Shown here one piece after another: positions 1-14,905 of a DNA stretch of 64,000 bases. Both the position numbers and the translations under genes were made by a program. Within the stretch, counting starts at the first letter, position 1; every line of letters starts with the position of its first letter. Location of the stretch: assembly GCA_951406725.2 (NCBI GenBank), contig OX597822.1, positions 40,486,001 to 40,550,000 on the forward strand, read 5' to 3'. The stretch comes from Octopus vulgaris. Taxonomy: Eukaryota. The notes below the pieces were generated by a model that saw only the letters and a program-made list of their open reading frames with translations, did not search any database and had not been told where the DNA came from.

Positions 1-29
1 GCGCACACGATGTTGCACAGCCTATAAGA

Positions 30-149
30 TATGTATGTGTGTGTGTGTGCGTGTGTGTGTATGTTTGTACGTGTATGTGTGTGTGTGTATATGTGTGCGT
101 GTGTGCATGTGTGTGTGTGTTTGTGCGTGTGTGTATGTGTGTGTGTGTT

Positions 150-198
<49 letters not shown>

Positions 199-1189
199 AT
201 GTGTGTGTGTGCGCGCGTGTGTGTGTGTACGTGTTTATTCGCGACATATATTCGCATAGAAAAGTGCCAGCCTAAAGCCGCATGCAACAGCGTACACACA
301 TCGACTCAATGATGTATAGTATTCCATACAGAGACGTGCACACACACACACATACATACACACGCACACACATACATACACACACACACACGAACGTGCA
401 CATGCACGCACAAATACACGTAATACACAGATACACAAATACACAAATACACAGATACGCATACTCGCTCATAATATGCATGATCACAGATATGTACACG
501 CCAACACGGATGTGTGTGTATGTGTCTGAATGAATGTGCGTTTGTGTGTGTGTGTGTACTACACTGAAGTGTTGCACGCTTAAACATATATATTCATGCA
601 TGCGGATAGTAGCACATTTATATATGTACATATGCACACTTATGCATATATTCTCGCACAGTTATACACGCAATGCGCGTGAGGCACAAAGAAAAAATTC
701 GCACAACGTTTAGCATACGCATGCAATCACATACATGCAAACACACATACACGTGCGCACACGCAGCCATGTATGCTCACATATCGCCGCAGTCACACTT
801 GGCGGAATAGATACATAAATAAAAAGATAGATAGATAGAGTGGCTTTGTGGTAAGTAGCTTGTTTACCAGCCACATGGTTTCGGGTTCAGTCCCACTGCG
901 TGGCATCTTGGGCAAGTGTCTTCTACTATAGCCTCGGGCCGACCAAAGCCTTGTGAGTGGATATGGTAGACAGAAACTGAAAGAAGCCCGTTGTATATAT
1001 GTATATATATATATATATATGTGCGTGTGTGTTTGTGTGTCTGTGTCTAGCATTGCTTGACAACCGATGCTGGTGTGTTTATGTCCCCGTTACTTAGCGG
1101 TTCGGGATCGAGTTGCTCGATTAAAGGCGGTGCTCCAGCATGGCCGCAGTCAAAATGACTGAAACAAGTAAAAAGAGAAAAAGAGAAAG

Positions 1190-1247
<58 letters not shown>

Positions 1248-1597
1248 GTAGGTAGGTAGGTAGATAGATAGATAGATAGATAGATAGGTAGGTAGGTAAT
1301 GCATACATACGCACATATATATACATAATGAGAAATACATACACATGTAAACATATAGGTACGCACGTACACAAATATATGTATGTATCTATCTATCTAT
1401 CCATCCATATATATACATAGATGTGTGTGTGTGTGTGTAAGTGTGTGAATGTGTGTGTATGTGTACATATTTAAATATATGTATATATACATATATATGT
1501 ATACATATCCACATATATATACATATATGTATATATACATATATGTGTGTGCGTATATATATATATGTGTCTATATGTATGTATATGTATGTATATA

Positions 1598-1676
<79 letters not shown>

Positions 1677-1939
1677 ATAGATAAATAGAGAGAGAGATTG
1701 ATAGACAGGGAAATAGATAGATATATAGATAGATAGATAGTTGGATAGATAGAGACAAAAAGCGAAAAAACAGCACGTATGTTCATCCATGCATGATAAA
1801 ACCCCCCATTTATTTACATAATTTTGCATTTACACATGCTCACACACGCTCCCCTTCAATCACACACACACATGCCCCGTCTCTCAGAAAGATTGCATAG
1901 ACACACATACATACCTGCGTATACTTATTTACCTACAAG

Positions 1940-1971
<32 letters not shown>

Positions 1972-2146
1972 AATACATATATATATGTATACATATTTGC
2001 ACACAGTCATACGTATTCATGTACACACACGCGCGCACACACACACAAATACACTTATACACTCACAAACACACATACGCAGTCCTATAAAATAAAAAAA
2101 AAACATCGATACATCACAACTATATGCCTTACATCAACATACATGC

Positions 2147-2191
<45 letters not shown>

Positions 2192-2192
2192 C

Positions 2193-2268
<76 letters not shown>

Positions 2269-2709
2269 TGCACACACATAAATATGCACAATACTTGTAC
2301 ATAGGCACAGAAACATATGTATAGACATTATGTATAAACGCATACGCACTCACTCGTACAAAGAAAGATCTGCATACACATAACAGAATTCACAAATCGG
2401 AGCAAATACTCACTCATATGTGCATTCTCATGAAAGAAAATTCATTCAGACTGCATACACACACACGTGCTCTCGCACGCACACACACGCACGGACTTAC
2501 GCACACACTTACGCACACATATATATATATATGTATGAAAATGTACGCACACATACATTCACAATAAACGCATATAGGTTCATGATTCTCCTTGCACAAC
2601 ACACCAAGTATTATCAGACACACACACACACATACACACACACACAGTGAAAGCAAACCATTCAGACCTTACAGCTCCATAAAGCCATCCGCAAACAGAC
2701 GCGCGCGCG

Positions 2710-2776
<67 letters not shown>

Positions 2777-3333
2777 CTATACACACTCAGGGATACACAT
2801 ACACTCACGGGCACACAGACATAATCACACAGCTATATACACGCACAAGCACGTGCACAAAGCAAACAGTAAAACTTCCAATATTCAGCGGTGAAAATGT
2901 ACAACATTAATCAGGTACTATCACGTGATCACAATATTTTTACATTTAGTTTCACTTTCGTTTTCCTCACAGAAATATGTTGATATATCCAATGTTGTGA
3001 AAGTATGTTTGCACTGTTCTGACTGACTTTCGTTCCATTCCGGTAGGCCGGCATCAGCACCCCACCACCACCACAACCAATGCGAATACTACAGCCATCA
3101 TCCCACCACCACAACCAATATCATCACCACCATCTCTACCACCAGCAACTACAGCAGCAACAGCGGGGCCCTCATCGGCAATAACAAAAACAATATTCGC
3201 ATATATTTACATGTATTGGAATAAAAAATTGACTGTATATATGCATACTTACACATGTGTGTATATGAATGTGTGTGTGCGTCTATGTATGTATGTAGAG
3301 ATAAATGTATAAATATGTATACACACATGTATA

Positions 3334-3378
<45 letters not shown>

Positions 3379-3424
3379 TTATGTATATGTGTGTATATCT
3401 ATCTTTTGCTCTCTCTCCCTCTCC

Positions 3425-3477
<53 letters not shown>

Positions 3478-3570
3478 CATGCATACACACATATATGTAT
3501 GTATATGTATACATGTATGCATGTTCATACGCATGCATGCGTCTGCGTGTGTGTGTGTGTGTGTATAATT
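30..3570. repeat. Compound microsatellite field (TG/CA, TA, GATA)
   Basis: Direct inspection. Confidence 0.9.
839..1180 (+). mobile_element. tRNA-derived SINE family A (internal microsatellite)
   Basis: A box TGGCTTTGTGG, B box GGTTCAGTCCC, tail GGCGGTGCTCCAGCATGGCCGCAG..CTGAAACAAG. Confidence 0.85.
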
Positions 3571-3599
3571 AAATAATAAGGATGTCTCCTATTTTGTAG

Positions 3600-6030
3600 A
3601 ATGTTTTACACATGAGAAACGGAAGACTAATACCTCCCGCTTGCAGGTCTGCTTCTCAACGTCCACAGTGCCTGACGAAGAATTGGAGAGTATGTGATTA
3701 ATTCCAAAATATTTCTGACAAAATTCCAGAATGCAATGTTATCATTCCGGGTGTGATTTTAATGTAAAAGTTGGTGGTCTTCATTTAACAAACCCTGTGT
3801 ACATTGGCAAACATAGCACAGCTCAAGACAATACTTAGGGTTTCTATGTAGCAATGTCCAGTCAACATAGCAATCTCTCGATAATAGACACTCATTTCAT
3901 GAAAGGAACACTCCAAACAAGGATTTTTGCCGGTGGTTGTACTAAGATACAAATCATCCATAAGTTAGATATGTTTAACGTGTCTGACGTCTCTCTATAA
4001 AAATGCCTGACATATCAGGTCACAGGGGTGAGGATGGGCGGCTGTTTAAATACAAACTTTATATGGTAAAGAAGAGCAATTGCTATTGTCAAGTTTCACA
4101 CAGAAGGTCTTAGAGACATAGGAAAAGTTCAAGGATTTTTAGTTGAACTTAATAACTGCTTCCCACTACCCCTACTCAGTAATGACCTTATTGCATGTAA
4201 TGACCTCTCAGAAGCTTAATGTTTGAATTAATTTAAACAGTAAAACCTGTCATCCTGTCTAAGAAAGAATGTTATCTGAAATGGTTGTCAAATGCAAGTA
4301 AAACCGAGATGGAAAACAAGATTATTTTGAACTCTCTTGGTGACAACACCATTGAGTATAAAATAGTAAAAGCTGAAGCAAAAGGAACTAGTTAAGAAAG
4401 ATAATCTTTTAAAACTCTAAACAGACTGTGATCAGCTTAGTGAACGTCCGTCAGATAAATAATTCTTCTAGGATTTAAAGTACTTAAATCAATGAAACAT
4501 TCCATTGATTGGTGAATCGAAGGTGAAGACGGAGTTGTTTTTAACAAATAAGGATGATGTCCTTGAAATTTGGATAACTTTCTAGGAAGAACAATATATC
4601 GGTATCCCTGTATCATTGTATTGGTCAGACTATCAAGTGTGGTTATACGCCGCTGGTCACAGTGTGTTTCTTCGCATAGCTGTAGCCTTTAAATGATGCA
4701 ACCATGCTGGTTAGGCAGGCAGGCAGGCCAACTTTTGCATTGAATGAATGGGATGCCAATCACTCGCAGGGTTACCTTTTTACAGCTGAGTGAACTAGAA
4801 CACTGTGAAATGGTGTGTTTTGCTCAAGAATACAACACATCGCCGATCTGGAAATCGAAACCACAGCCTCGCGATTGTGAGTAGAACTTCCTAACCATGG
4901 CCACGCGTCTTCACATATACTAATATAACCCTCACAAAACTACATAAAGGTTAAGTCAACATTCCCTCGTTTGCATTATCTGCGGTGCTAAAATCAACTG
5001 CCCGACTCGAAAAAGAGGGTGCGTTGGTCTTGATCATGTTTAAGCAGGGTTTTTAAAATATTTTTAAGTCTCGGAAGGTTCAACCACTTTCTACTTGAGC
5101 TTGTTCACAACGTTCTAGCAACTGCTGATGTAACCATTGTCTTTCGGGAGAGCATGCACTGCTGTAGATTTCAAAATGAATATTCTGAGCAAATTCAAAA
5201 ACTAGTTGACTAATGAGCTATCTATGTTACATCAAGAAATTATTCAAGACCATCGTTACTTCTCAAAAGAAAAAAAAAATTTTTTAATACGTCATTTTTT
5301 TTTTCATCAGATTTTCTACCGATCTAGAAGAGGCACAATAGAATAAGAATTTCCCTTGCAGCAAAATACAAAATAATAAACTTGAAACTCAATTCAGCAA
5401 CACAATCCAGTAACTCAATTCATATTGTTTTCACCTCAATTCATATTGCTTGGCAGACTCTTCTCATCACTTTGGAATGTCCTGGAACGCAACCCCATCC
5501 AGAACAAATACGGCATCCTCCTTAAATCTCTATATAAAGCTTCACAATCTACGACAACGACAAATGTTAGAACTGTTATATTTGTGGGCAGAATGAAAGG
5601 TGTTAAGCAAGGAGTTCTTTTGACAGTTATTCTTTTCTGTGTTGTACTAGCCGAAATTACATTAAAATCTGGAGAAGAAAATAGAACTGGGTTCTCTACG
5701 GCAGCTAAATAATCTTTAAACAGTTATGCGGAAGATATTACTGCTATAAAAAATAACATTATTTTTCTTTCAGATTTCATTAGTCACCTGGTAACAAATA
5801 CAAACAAATAAGTTTCCAAAATAATCTTGACAAGATTAAGTGCCTGACTACAGATAAGAGATACAGCGAAACCTAGGTATAGTTATTTATGGCATGTGTA
5901 ACGCATGTAGTGGAACTAATGTAAGTAATAAATTATCAGCGTTAAACAACAATGAGATTGCTGTCAACAACAGGATTTCGTCGGCACGGTCAACATTTTC
6001 TGAAAGAGATCTCCATTTAAAATCAAATCG
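3600..6030 (+). pseudogene. Heavily decayed RTE-like LINE (AP endonuclease and RT remnants), interrupted by a SINE at ~4625-4912
   Basis: KGVKQGVLL..ILF motif at ~5600, YAEDI (YADD-like) at ~5725, DFN.KVG-like remnant at ~3755; many stops. Confidence 0.55.
4625..4912 (-). mobile_element. SINE head D + tail 2
   Basis: Head matches 43920-44057; tail matches 52260-52365. Confidence 0.65.
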
Positions 6031-6183
6031 AATGCTAAATAGAATGTCATGGCTGCGCGGTAAACAGCTTGCATCCCAACCACATGATCTAAGGTTCGAT
6101 TCCACTGTATGGCATTTTGGACCGAATAAAGCCTTGTGAATGGATTTAGTTGACGGAAACTGAAAAAACGCTTAAGTTATTTT

Positions 6184-7052
6184 ATCGATAAAATAACTTG
6201 GCGGTTCGCCAAAGGCGATCGATAAAGTAACTTAGCGGTTCGCCAAGGGATCGATAGAATAAACTAGCGGTTCGCCAAAGGAGATCGAAAAAATAACTTA
6301 GAGGTTCACCGAAGGAATTGATAAAATAACTTAGCGGTTCGCCAAACGACATCGATACAATAACTTTGCGGTTCGCCACAGGAGATCGATAATATACCTT
6401 AGCGGTTCGCCAAACGAGATCGATTAAATAACTTAGCGGTTCACCAAAGGAGATCGATAAAGTAATATTAGCGGTTCACCAAAGAAGATCGATAAAATAA
6501 CTTAGCGGTTCGCCAATGGAGTTCGATAAAATAACTTAGTTGTTCGCCAAATGACATAGATAAAATAACCTAGCGGTTCACCAAGAGAGATCGATAGAAT
6601 AATCTAGCAGTTCGCAGATCGATAAAATAACTTAGCGGTTCATCAAACGAGATCGATAAAATAACTTAGCGGTTCGCCAAAGGTGAATGATGAAATAACT
6701 TAGCGGTGTGCCAAACAGATCGATAGAAAACCTAGCGGCTCGCCATAGGAGATCGATAAAATAACTTAGCTGTTCGCGAAAGGAGATCGATAAAAACATT
6801 AGCGGTTCGCCAAACGATATCGATAAAATAACTTTACGGTTCGGCAAACGATATCGACAGAATAATCTAGCGGTTCGCCAGAGATATCGATAAAATAACT
6901 TAGCGGTTCGCGAAAGGTGATCGATGAAATAACTCTGCGGTTCGCCAAGGAAGAACGATAAAATAACTTTGCGGTTCGCCAAACGAGATCGATAAAATAA
7001 CATAGCTGTTCGCCAAGGGTGACGATAAATAACTTAGCGGTTCGCCAAAGGA
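6184..7052 (+). repeat. 34-bp minisatellite, ~25 copies, SINE-derived
   Basis: Consensus TAACTTAGCGGTTCGCCAAAGGAGATCGATAAAA. Confidence 0.95.
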
Positions 7053-7279
7053 AATCACTGAAATTCCGAACTCATTGGCGGGAACCGGATCCGCCCACCC
7101 CGGGGAAATACCGCCACAAGTACAAATGCAAATAAGTATATACTTGTATCTATTGTCATCAGGTTCTATAACCCGCTCTCATAAGTCTATTAATATGTCC
7201 TCTTCGCTCTCCTTTTCATACCTAAAGTCACACATTGGGAGACACAAAACTCCATCCCAATATCGCTGCAACACGCATA

Positions 7280-7493
7280 AGACGGCAAGCTGACAAAAGC
7301 GTTAGCAATCCGGGCAAAATGCTGAACGGCGTTTCGTCCGTCTTTACGTTCGGAGTTCAAATTCCGCCAAGGTCGACTTCAGCTTTCATACTTCAGAGGT
7401 CGATAAAATAAGAACCAGTTAAGGACTGGAGTCGATGTAATCAGTTTATTCCTTCTCCAAGGTTGCGGGCCATGTGCCAAAGTTTGAAGCCAA
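7280..7493 (+). mobile_element. SINE family B (Meta-domain-like)
   Basis: GAGTTCAAATTCC B box followed by a GTCGACTT.GC.TTTCAT.CTT..G.GGTCGATAAA body. Confidence 0.7.
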
Positions 7494-7550
7494 TATCACA
7501 GCAAAAGGCTTTTACTGTTTGTAAAAAGTTAATTGACATCTTTATAAGTA

Positions 7551-8062
7551 CCGTAAATCCTCGAGTATAATCCACATTTTTTTCCCAAAATTTAAAGGTC
7601 AAAATCCCTAGTGCGTACTATATACGAGGTTTAAAATAAAAATAATTTCCTAAGCAATATCCGAGTCTCTATTTGCTGTCCGGCAATGTTTATTGAGACG
7701 CATTTTGTTATGTCGGGCGCGAAGATACCTTAAGCTAAGCCTGAAAGCAATGAAGTCATAAAAGAATCATCCATAACTTGCAGTAAGCAACATTTATTAA
7801 ACGTTATTACTGTTATTTCTTTATTTTCTGCAAACAAAATACACAAAAAAGCTACACGTTTGCATTATGTTATATATACAATAATAATAAGGGACGTAAC
7901 CGTATACATTTTTACAAACTAAGGACGTTATATAAACCTCCTTGACTCAAGTTAGAGAAGGGGTGCATATTATACACACGATTTAGGTTTTTCAGAAGTA
8001 CAGCCCCCTAAAATTCCACTGCGTATTATACTCAAGGGCGGACTATACTCGAGGATTTACGG
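7551..8062. mobile_element. pogo/Tc2-type MITE
   Basis: TIR CCGTAAATCCTCGAGTATA / TATACTCGAGGATTTACGG with TA on both sides. Confidence 0.9.
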
Positions 8063-8716
8063 TATTCTTTAAGTCATTCATGGAAGATGTACGGATGATG
8101 CCTTTTTCTCTAACTTGTAGGCCATAAGGACTCATCTGAGAGTCACTGAAGTAGGTATAAGTACGATAATAAATAACAAAAAGAAGCTACCTCTTTTAAC
8201 AGCTACACTTCCTAGAGTTTTCATGTTCACTATCAAGTTCATTTTCCATTGCATTCCATTAACGAGGAGAAACGCATTATATTCTGTGCCGAGGGCTCTA
8301 CCGCCAACGCGCCAACATTCTACAATATATCAATCAAGACATAAATGTAATGATAAAATATATTTGTTTACGCTGAACGTAATTATCTTTGTATAAAAGA
8401 AACGCATTGGAAATTATGAACACATGTAATTACGTCATCTGAATGACAGCGAAAGAGGAAGTTCTTGGAAATAATATCATTTGTTGTATTCTCTTCGTTT
8501 ACGTAAAGCAAAATAATGGTTTTTGTAAGCATCAAAATATAATAAATTCTCTGGCAAATCTGTTTCGAGGTGCCAGTCACTACCGTACGTAAACGAAGTT
8601 ATTTCCAACAAATATCTCATCTGCGCTCTTGCTGATGATGTGGCTAAACGTGTACATATTTCTACCTGCTTTTATCTATGTCTAAAGCAATATCTATCTA
8701 TCTATATATCTATCTG

Positions 8717-8797
<81 letters not shown>

Positions 8798-8817
8798 CAT
8801 CCTCGCTTTCTCTCCCT

Positions 8818-8898
<81 letters not shown>

Positions 8899-8936
8899 GC
8901 TACACTCAAAACAAAAAATTCTTAAACATATCTCCC

Positions 8937-8988
<52 letters not shown>

Positions 8989-9317
8989 ACCAAACAAACA
9001 TGATTTATATTGAACTCCTAATACTTTTTTGTTGAATATTTTCTTAAATACTTTATCGTAAACTGTTTTTAACATTTTCTTAATATTATCAAAGAATGTA
9101 TAAATGTATTTTAATAATTTTGTGAAAACCAGTACTTAACATAACAAAACTTTTACAAGGCTTTACACTCTACTTTCGTCAAACTTTTTCTAAATAAGTG
9201 AAACCAATCAAATGAATAAATATCTTTAAAATTGCATTTTCAAACCTTCTTTCATATATATTTCCACTCGTGCATTATCTTACAACTTTACTTTGTTATA
9301 TATATATATTTTTTTTT

Positions 9318-11570
9318 TGTTTCAGCTCAGAGCTGCGACCATGCTGATGCACCGCCGTTTTGTGCTACACTGTTATTACGAAGAACCTCCTCTAATATGT
9401 GGTACTTGGTGAAGAATGGAGTTTGATATAGCTACTCTCATTTGCACCTCTTGCCGTGAGGTAGGTTCATCTGGGACTCTCGACAGGAAGATGTCCAGGA
9501 TCTTCCAGACATATATTACTGCATACCTCTCCCGTCTTCTCTCCAGGGAGTAGAGTCTTAGCTGTTTCAACCTTTCCCAGTAGCTGAGCTGTTGCAAAGA
9601 GACGATCTTCTTTGTGAATCTTCTCTGGGTTGCTTCAAGGTCCGCTGTTAATTTCACACTGGTGGGTGACCATAGCTGTGAACAGTAATCAAGGCGGCTG
9701 AGGACGAATGTCCGCCAGAGGACCATCATGGTTTCCTTATCTCTGGTTCTGAATGTTCTTAGGATCCAGTCAGCCAGTCGTCTGCACTTTGTCGCCATCC
9801 TGGTAATATGAACTTGGAAAGAGGTATCATCACTCATGTCGATACCCAGGTCCGTCACAGACTTAGGCTCTGGGATTGAAATTCCCTGTGGACCGGTGTA
9901 TCCTGTAAGTTTAATATTCAGTTTTGGATGCTAGTAGCGCAGGGCCTGGAATTTTTCAGCATTAAACTGCATATTATTATCCTCAGCCCATCTGTAGATT
10001 GAGTCCAACTCTTGCTGCAGGTGTGCAACATCGCTGGAGTTCTGTATTTTCTGCGAGACTTTCGTATCGTCTGCATAGCTTGCCAGAGTGGCTATCCGGG
10101 CATTTGAGGGCATATCTGAGAGGGCCACTATAAAAAGTAGTGGTCCCAAGATAGTGCCTTGTGGAACACCACTTACTATTTGTGTGTTCATAGAGGTGGC
10201 TCCATTAACCACTACTGCCTGACTCCTATCTTTCAGGAAGTCATGTAACCACACTCCAAGTTTTCCAGCTATGCCAAGGTCACGCAGTTTGTGGCATATC
10301 ATACCATGATCCACCTTGTCAAAAGCTTTTGCAAAATCAAGGTAGATTACGTCCACATTTGATTTGTTGAGTAACTGCCTCAACAACCAGTCATAATGTT
10401 GTAAGAGCTGGGTCAGGCAGCTCCTACCTGGTCGAAAACCATGCTGGGTATCACTCAGCAAGTTATTTTCCTCAAGGAATGCGATTAGTTTCTTTCTGAC
10501 TATCCGTTCCATGACTTTGCTGATGTGTGAAGTCAGAGAGACAGGCCAATAGTTTTTGGCAACTGCTCTACTTCCCCCTTTATGTATTGGGCATATTATT
10601 CCCTCCTTCAGCTTGCTTTTGCAGTTTGTCATTTGTAAGAAAGCTCTGGAAGAGAATCTTGAGTAGTTTTGCCAGGGCATGCTTACATGCTTTGAGGAGG
10701 ATTGCTGGGAAACCATCTGGACCAGCAGTTGAGTTTGTGTCCACTTCATCTATAGCTAATTGTAACCGCCTCGCTGGTTATAGGTGAGGCGGCAAAGAAG
10801 TCCACTGGTTCGTTCACTTGTCTGTGTTCCAACGGGGTGGTAAAGACACTTTTGAACTGGTCATTCAGCATCTCACTGATCTTAGTTGGACTGTCTGTGA
10901 GGGAGCCATCCTTTTGGAGGAGGGGTCCTATCTTGTAGTGTACTGACAGTTTCTTTCGCGTAATGAAAGAAGGCCTTTGGGTTTGATTTAATGTTTTTTG
11001 TAACCCAGGCTTCTTTGTCTGCTTTCTCCCTCACATAGGATTGTTGCAGCCTTTTTTCGATCTCCATCAGTGTTGTTTTTAGGCGGGACGTTTCGCTACT
11101 TTTGGGGATGTTGGTTGAGACGATTTGCAACCTTCGTCCGTCGTCTCATGAGGATCTTCCTGTCTCTTGGAATCTTGCTCCTATTTGTTTTGGCCTTGTG
11201 CTCTGGGACATATTTCTGGCATACGACTTGCACAGAAGACATGAAACATTCTAGTTTCATGTCAATGTCTGGTGTGGAGTGACATTCCGGCCAGACCTCT
11301 CTGAGGATCTCTTTTTGGATCGATTTCCAATCTGCTTTGTGGAAGTTCAGATTGGAGAGATTTCGGGTGCTTCCTTTAGGCTGTATGTCTCTGGTTACTT
11401 TTGGCCCAAACATAGACAGCTCTATTATGTTGTGATCCGAAACTAATGTCGGTGTCACTTTCACATCATGAATGATGTCCATGTTGTTCGTGAAGCAGAG
11501 ATCCAGAATGTTATTCGCCCTAGTTGGTTTGAGTACAACTTGCTCCATGAATAAGGCGTTGGTGAGGTTA
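9318..11570 (-). mobile_element. CR1/L2-group LINE, 5'-truncated and frameshifted
   Basis: PTR.NNILDL, PVSLTS..SKVMER, QHGFRPGRSC, YLDFAKAFDKVDH, SGVPQGTILGPLLF, YADD, SRLDYCSQLWSP motifs. Confidence 0.9.
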
Positions 11571-11877
11571 TATAAATATAAATAATTTAAATTAGAGATA
11601 AAACCACTATTAGGCAACTCAAACAGTGATAAACATAAACCAAAACATAAAATAAATATAAAAATAAAAACAAAAAATAAATATAATTAATATAATATAC
11701 AAAATATATATAAAATATAAAATTTAAAATTTAAATTATTGAAATTTGAAATTTAAAAATTTATTTTTAATATTTTTATATTAATAAATTTTTAAACTTT
11801 TAAACTTTTAACCTATTTTTTTATACCCGGTTTCTGGTTTGATCCGACCTCGTATATATTTACATATATATATATAC

Positions 11878-11927
<50 letters not shown>

Positions 11928-12339
11928 CACACACACACAATAAAGTCAGTCGCTACATCAAAGTGACTGTTGAATATTACTACTAGTTTAATCCCAAACA
12001 AATTCTCCGCCAACTGGTTATCGGTGCAACACTCTGTACCTTATATATACAATATATTGTAATCAAGGAAAGAGAACCCCTACTACCCTCTAGCAGTTAA
12101 TAGGATCGCAAGACTTACTCAGTTTTGAGCTATTTGTCTCATTTTCAGTTGAGAATCCGCTGTTGATGCAAACAGGAAATGATGAAACTAAAAATATGAG
12201 TATATGTATATTCCTATTAATATTTAACACAAGTGACAGAGTGATTCAAGGTCCGAGAGTTACGTACTTGGCACTTAAACTAGTCAAAGGTCGAAGGCCA
12301 GTGAGTTTATGCAGTTGTTGGTAAATAAATAAATATATA

Positions 12340-12744
12340 GGCGCAGGAGTGGCTGTGTGGTAAGTAGCTTGCTAACCAAACACATGATTCCGGGTTCGGT
12401 CCCACTGCGTGGCATTTTGGGCATGTATCTTCTGCTGTAGCCTCGGGCCGACCAATGTCTTGTGAGTGGATTTGGTAGACGGAAACTGAAAGAAGTCGTA
12501 TATATGTATATATATATATATATATATGTATATGTTTGTGTGTTTGTGTTTGTCCCCCTAGCATTGCTTGACAACCGATGCTGGTGTGTTTACGTTCCCG
12601 TCACTTAGAGGTTCGGCAAAAGAGACCGATAGAATAAGTACTGGGCTTACAAAGAATAAGTCCCGGGGTTGATTTGCTCGACTAAAGGCGGTGCTCCAGC
12701 ATGGCCACAGTCAAATGACTGAAACAAGTAAAAGAGCAAAGAGA
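12340..12744 (+). mobile_element. SINE family A, full length
   Basis: Same head/body/tail as the other copies. Confidence 0.9.
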
Positions 12745-12950
12745 GCATATAAACTTATTTCCCTATGGAATGTTCAAGAACGAATTATAATAATGTGCCG
12801 TAGAAAATTTTAAAAATTTGCCTGTTGTTATAATTCCTTCTAGAATATTCTATATGGAAATATATTTATTTATTTATCAACAGCTGTATAAACTCACAGT
12901 TTGATAACGCACGAAACTCTCGGGCCTTGAGTCACTCTGTTACTTCTGCT

Positions 12951-13027
<77 letters not shown>

Positions 13028-14357
13028 TGTGTATGTCCAACGGGAGATGGAGATATTTGTACTTTGTACTTTGTATTTTGTATTTTGTACTTTGTATGTA
13101 CTTACTTTTTGCTTCGCCCGAAACCTCTCCTTAGCGCGAAGGCCCTTCATGAAAAGCATCCTAGCTAAGGCCACCGCAGGTTTTCAGATACTATCACTGT
13201 TCAACGAGTCTTTTTAAGACAGTGGTGTGTAATATTGGGAGATTTGACTGCTATTTCTAGCAGGTTGACTGACTGCGTAGAAGGTCCCTATTTAGCTTGT
13301 GCATGTGCATGCTTATGTGTGTTTGTATGCATGCTTTAGGAATTGTGGACTTTAACCGTTGCCACCTAGGGACGATAGACTATACCGACATTTCGTGAAC
13401 TGATGAAAGTAGATTTCCATGGAGACTCGAACTCAGAGAGAAGTACTCAAGCATATAATGGTAGCATGAAAATTAATATTGGCTTTGCCCGTCACACATC
13501 CACGATAAGATAGAAGCGATAATTCTGGCGGGAAAACTTAATAAAGATTCGCCATTTTGTTTTAATCTGGAGATCTGACATAATATTGATTTAATGTATG
13601 GATTGTATTTGGAATATTAAAAAAAGGAATTGTATGAGTGGATATAATACTGAGATAGCAATTGAGAGGCTTTGAGCTCAAATCCACTGCTGGGATTTTG
13701 TTTCGTTTTGTGGCAATAACTAAATTAAGCTATTAGTTTGAATGTTTTGCATGTAAGTTGTAAAATTTTCATTGTTTGAAATGGATATTTAATATCATGG
13801 GGATTGTTCGTTTATTTAAAATACAGTGCCGAATTTCTTCTCCAGCTTCCATAAATCCGGAAATACTGTACAATATTATGCATTTTACGGTGTGTTAAAA
13901 ATAATTTTCAACCTTACTTTTTTATGTTGATCGATAAAGGTTTACAAGAGTATTAATTTGTATCTGTATCTGTGAAATAAAATCATTTAATTTCCATCCT
14001 AAGAATTTTAAGACGATTCATAAATATCGAACAGACTCTGCTTTAGAAATGTATTGATTTGAATCTGTTAATTATAATTTAGTTCTTAGACTTCCATAGT
14101 TAATTTTAGATTTTATGTGTATATTTAGACTGTCTCCAGAAAATCGGAAAATCCAAACATCCGGGCTACTTCCGGTCACATGCTGGCCGGATATTTGGTC
14201 CGAGACTGTATAAAGATTTTTCTGAGCACCAACCACTGTACAGACTTGTCGCTTTTGTTTAGCCACAAATCGATCCTAATCAAATGAATTTCAACCAAAG
14301 TGCTTCATTTCTCGCGTGTAGCAATCACTGTGTAATGGGTTCTTTCTTTACATACAC

Positions 14358-14905
14358 TTCATCGTCATCGTCATCATCATCATCATCATCATCGTCATCG
14401 TCGTCGTCATCATCACAATCGTCGTCGTAATCATCATCATCATCATCATCATCATCCTCATCATCACCATCATCATCATACTGGTCGTCGTCATTAGCAT
14501 CATCATCACCATCGTCGTCATCATGATTATCATCATCACCATCATTATCATTATCATCATCATCATTCATCATCATCATCATATTCATCATCATCATTCA
14601 TCATAATCTTCTTCGTCGTCGTCATCATCATCATAATCGTCGTCGCTTTCATCATCATGATCATGATCATCATCGTCATCATCATCATTATCATAATGGT
14701 TGTCATCGTCATCATCATCATCATCATGATCATAATCGTCGTGGCTCTCATGATTATCATCATGATGATCATCATCATCATCGTCATCATCGTCATCGTT
14801 GTCGTCATCACCATCACCATGATCATCGTCATCGTCGTTATGATGATGATGATGATGACAGCATCATCATCATCAACATCATCATCATCATCATCATCAT
14901 CATCA
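14358..14905. repeat. Degenerate (CAT/CGT)n trinucleotide tract
   Basis: Direct inspection. Confidence 0.95.

Noticed and set aside
31-3576. Many long ORFs rich in CV, HT, IY, YLSI (also throughout 54600-59867)
   Set aside because: Translations of di- and tetranucleotide microsatellites; no coding signal.
6184-7052. Regular repeats resembling a CRISPR array
   Set aside because: Head-to-tail units without unique spacers, derived from a SINE, in a eukaryotic context with no cas genes.
8100-8160. Possible micro-exon (pyrimidine tract-TAG ... AG/GTATAA)
   Set aside because: Weak donor and no supporting homology or partner exons.
12340-12420. tRNA-like A/B boxes (many copies)
   Set aside because: SINE heads without a complete cloverleaf; not tRNA genes.
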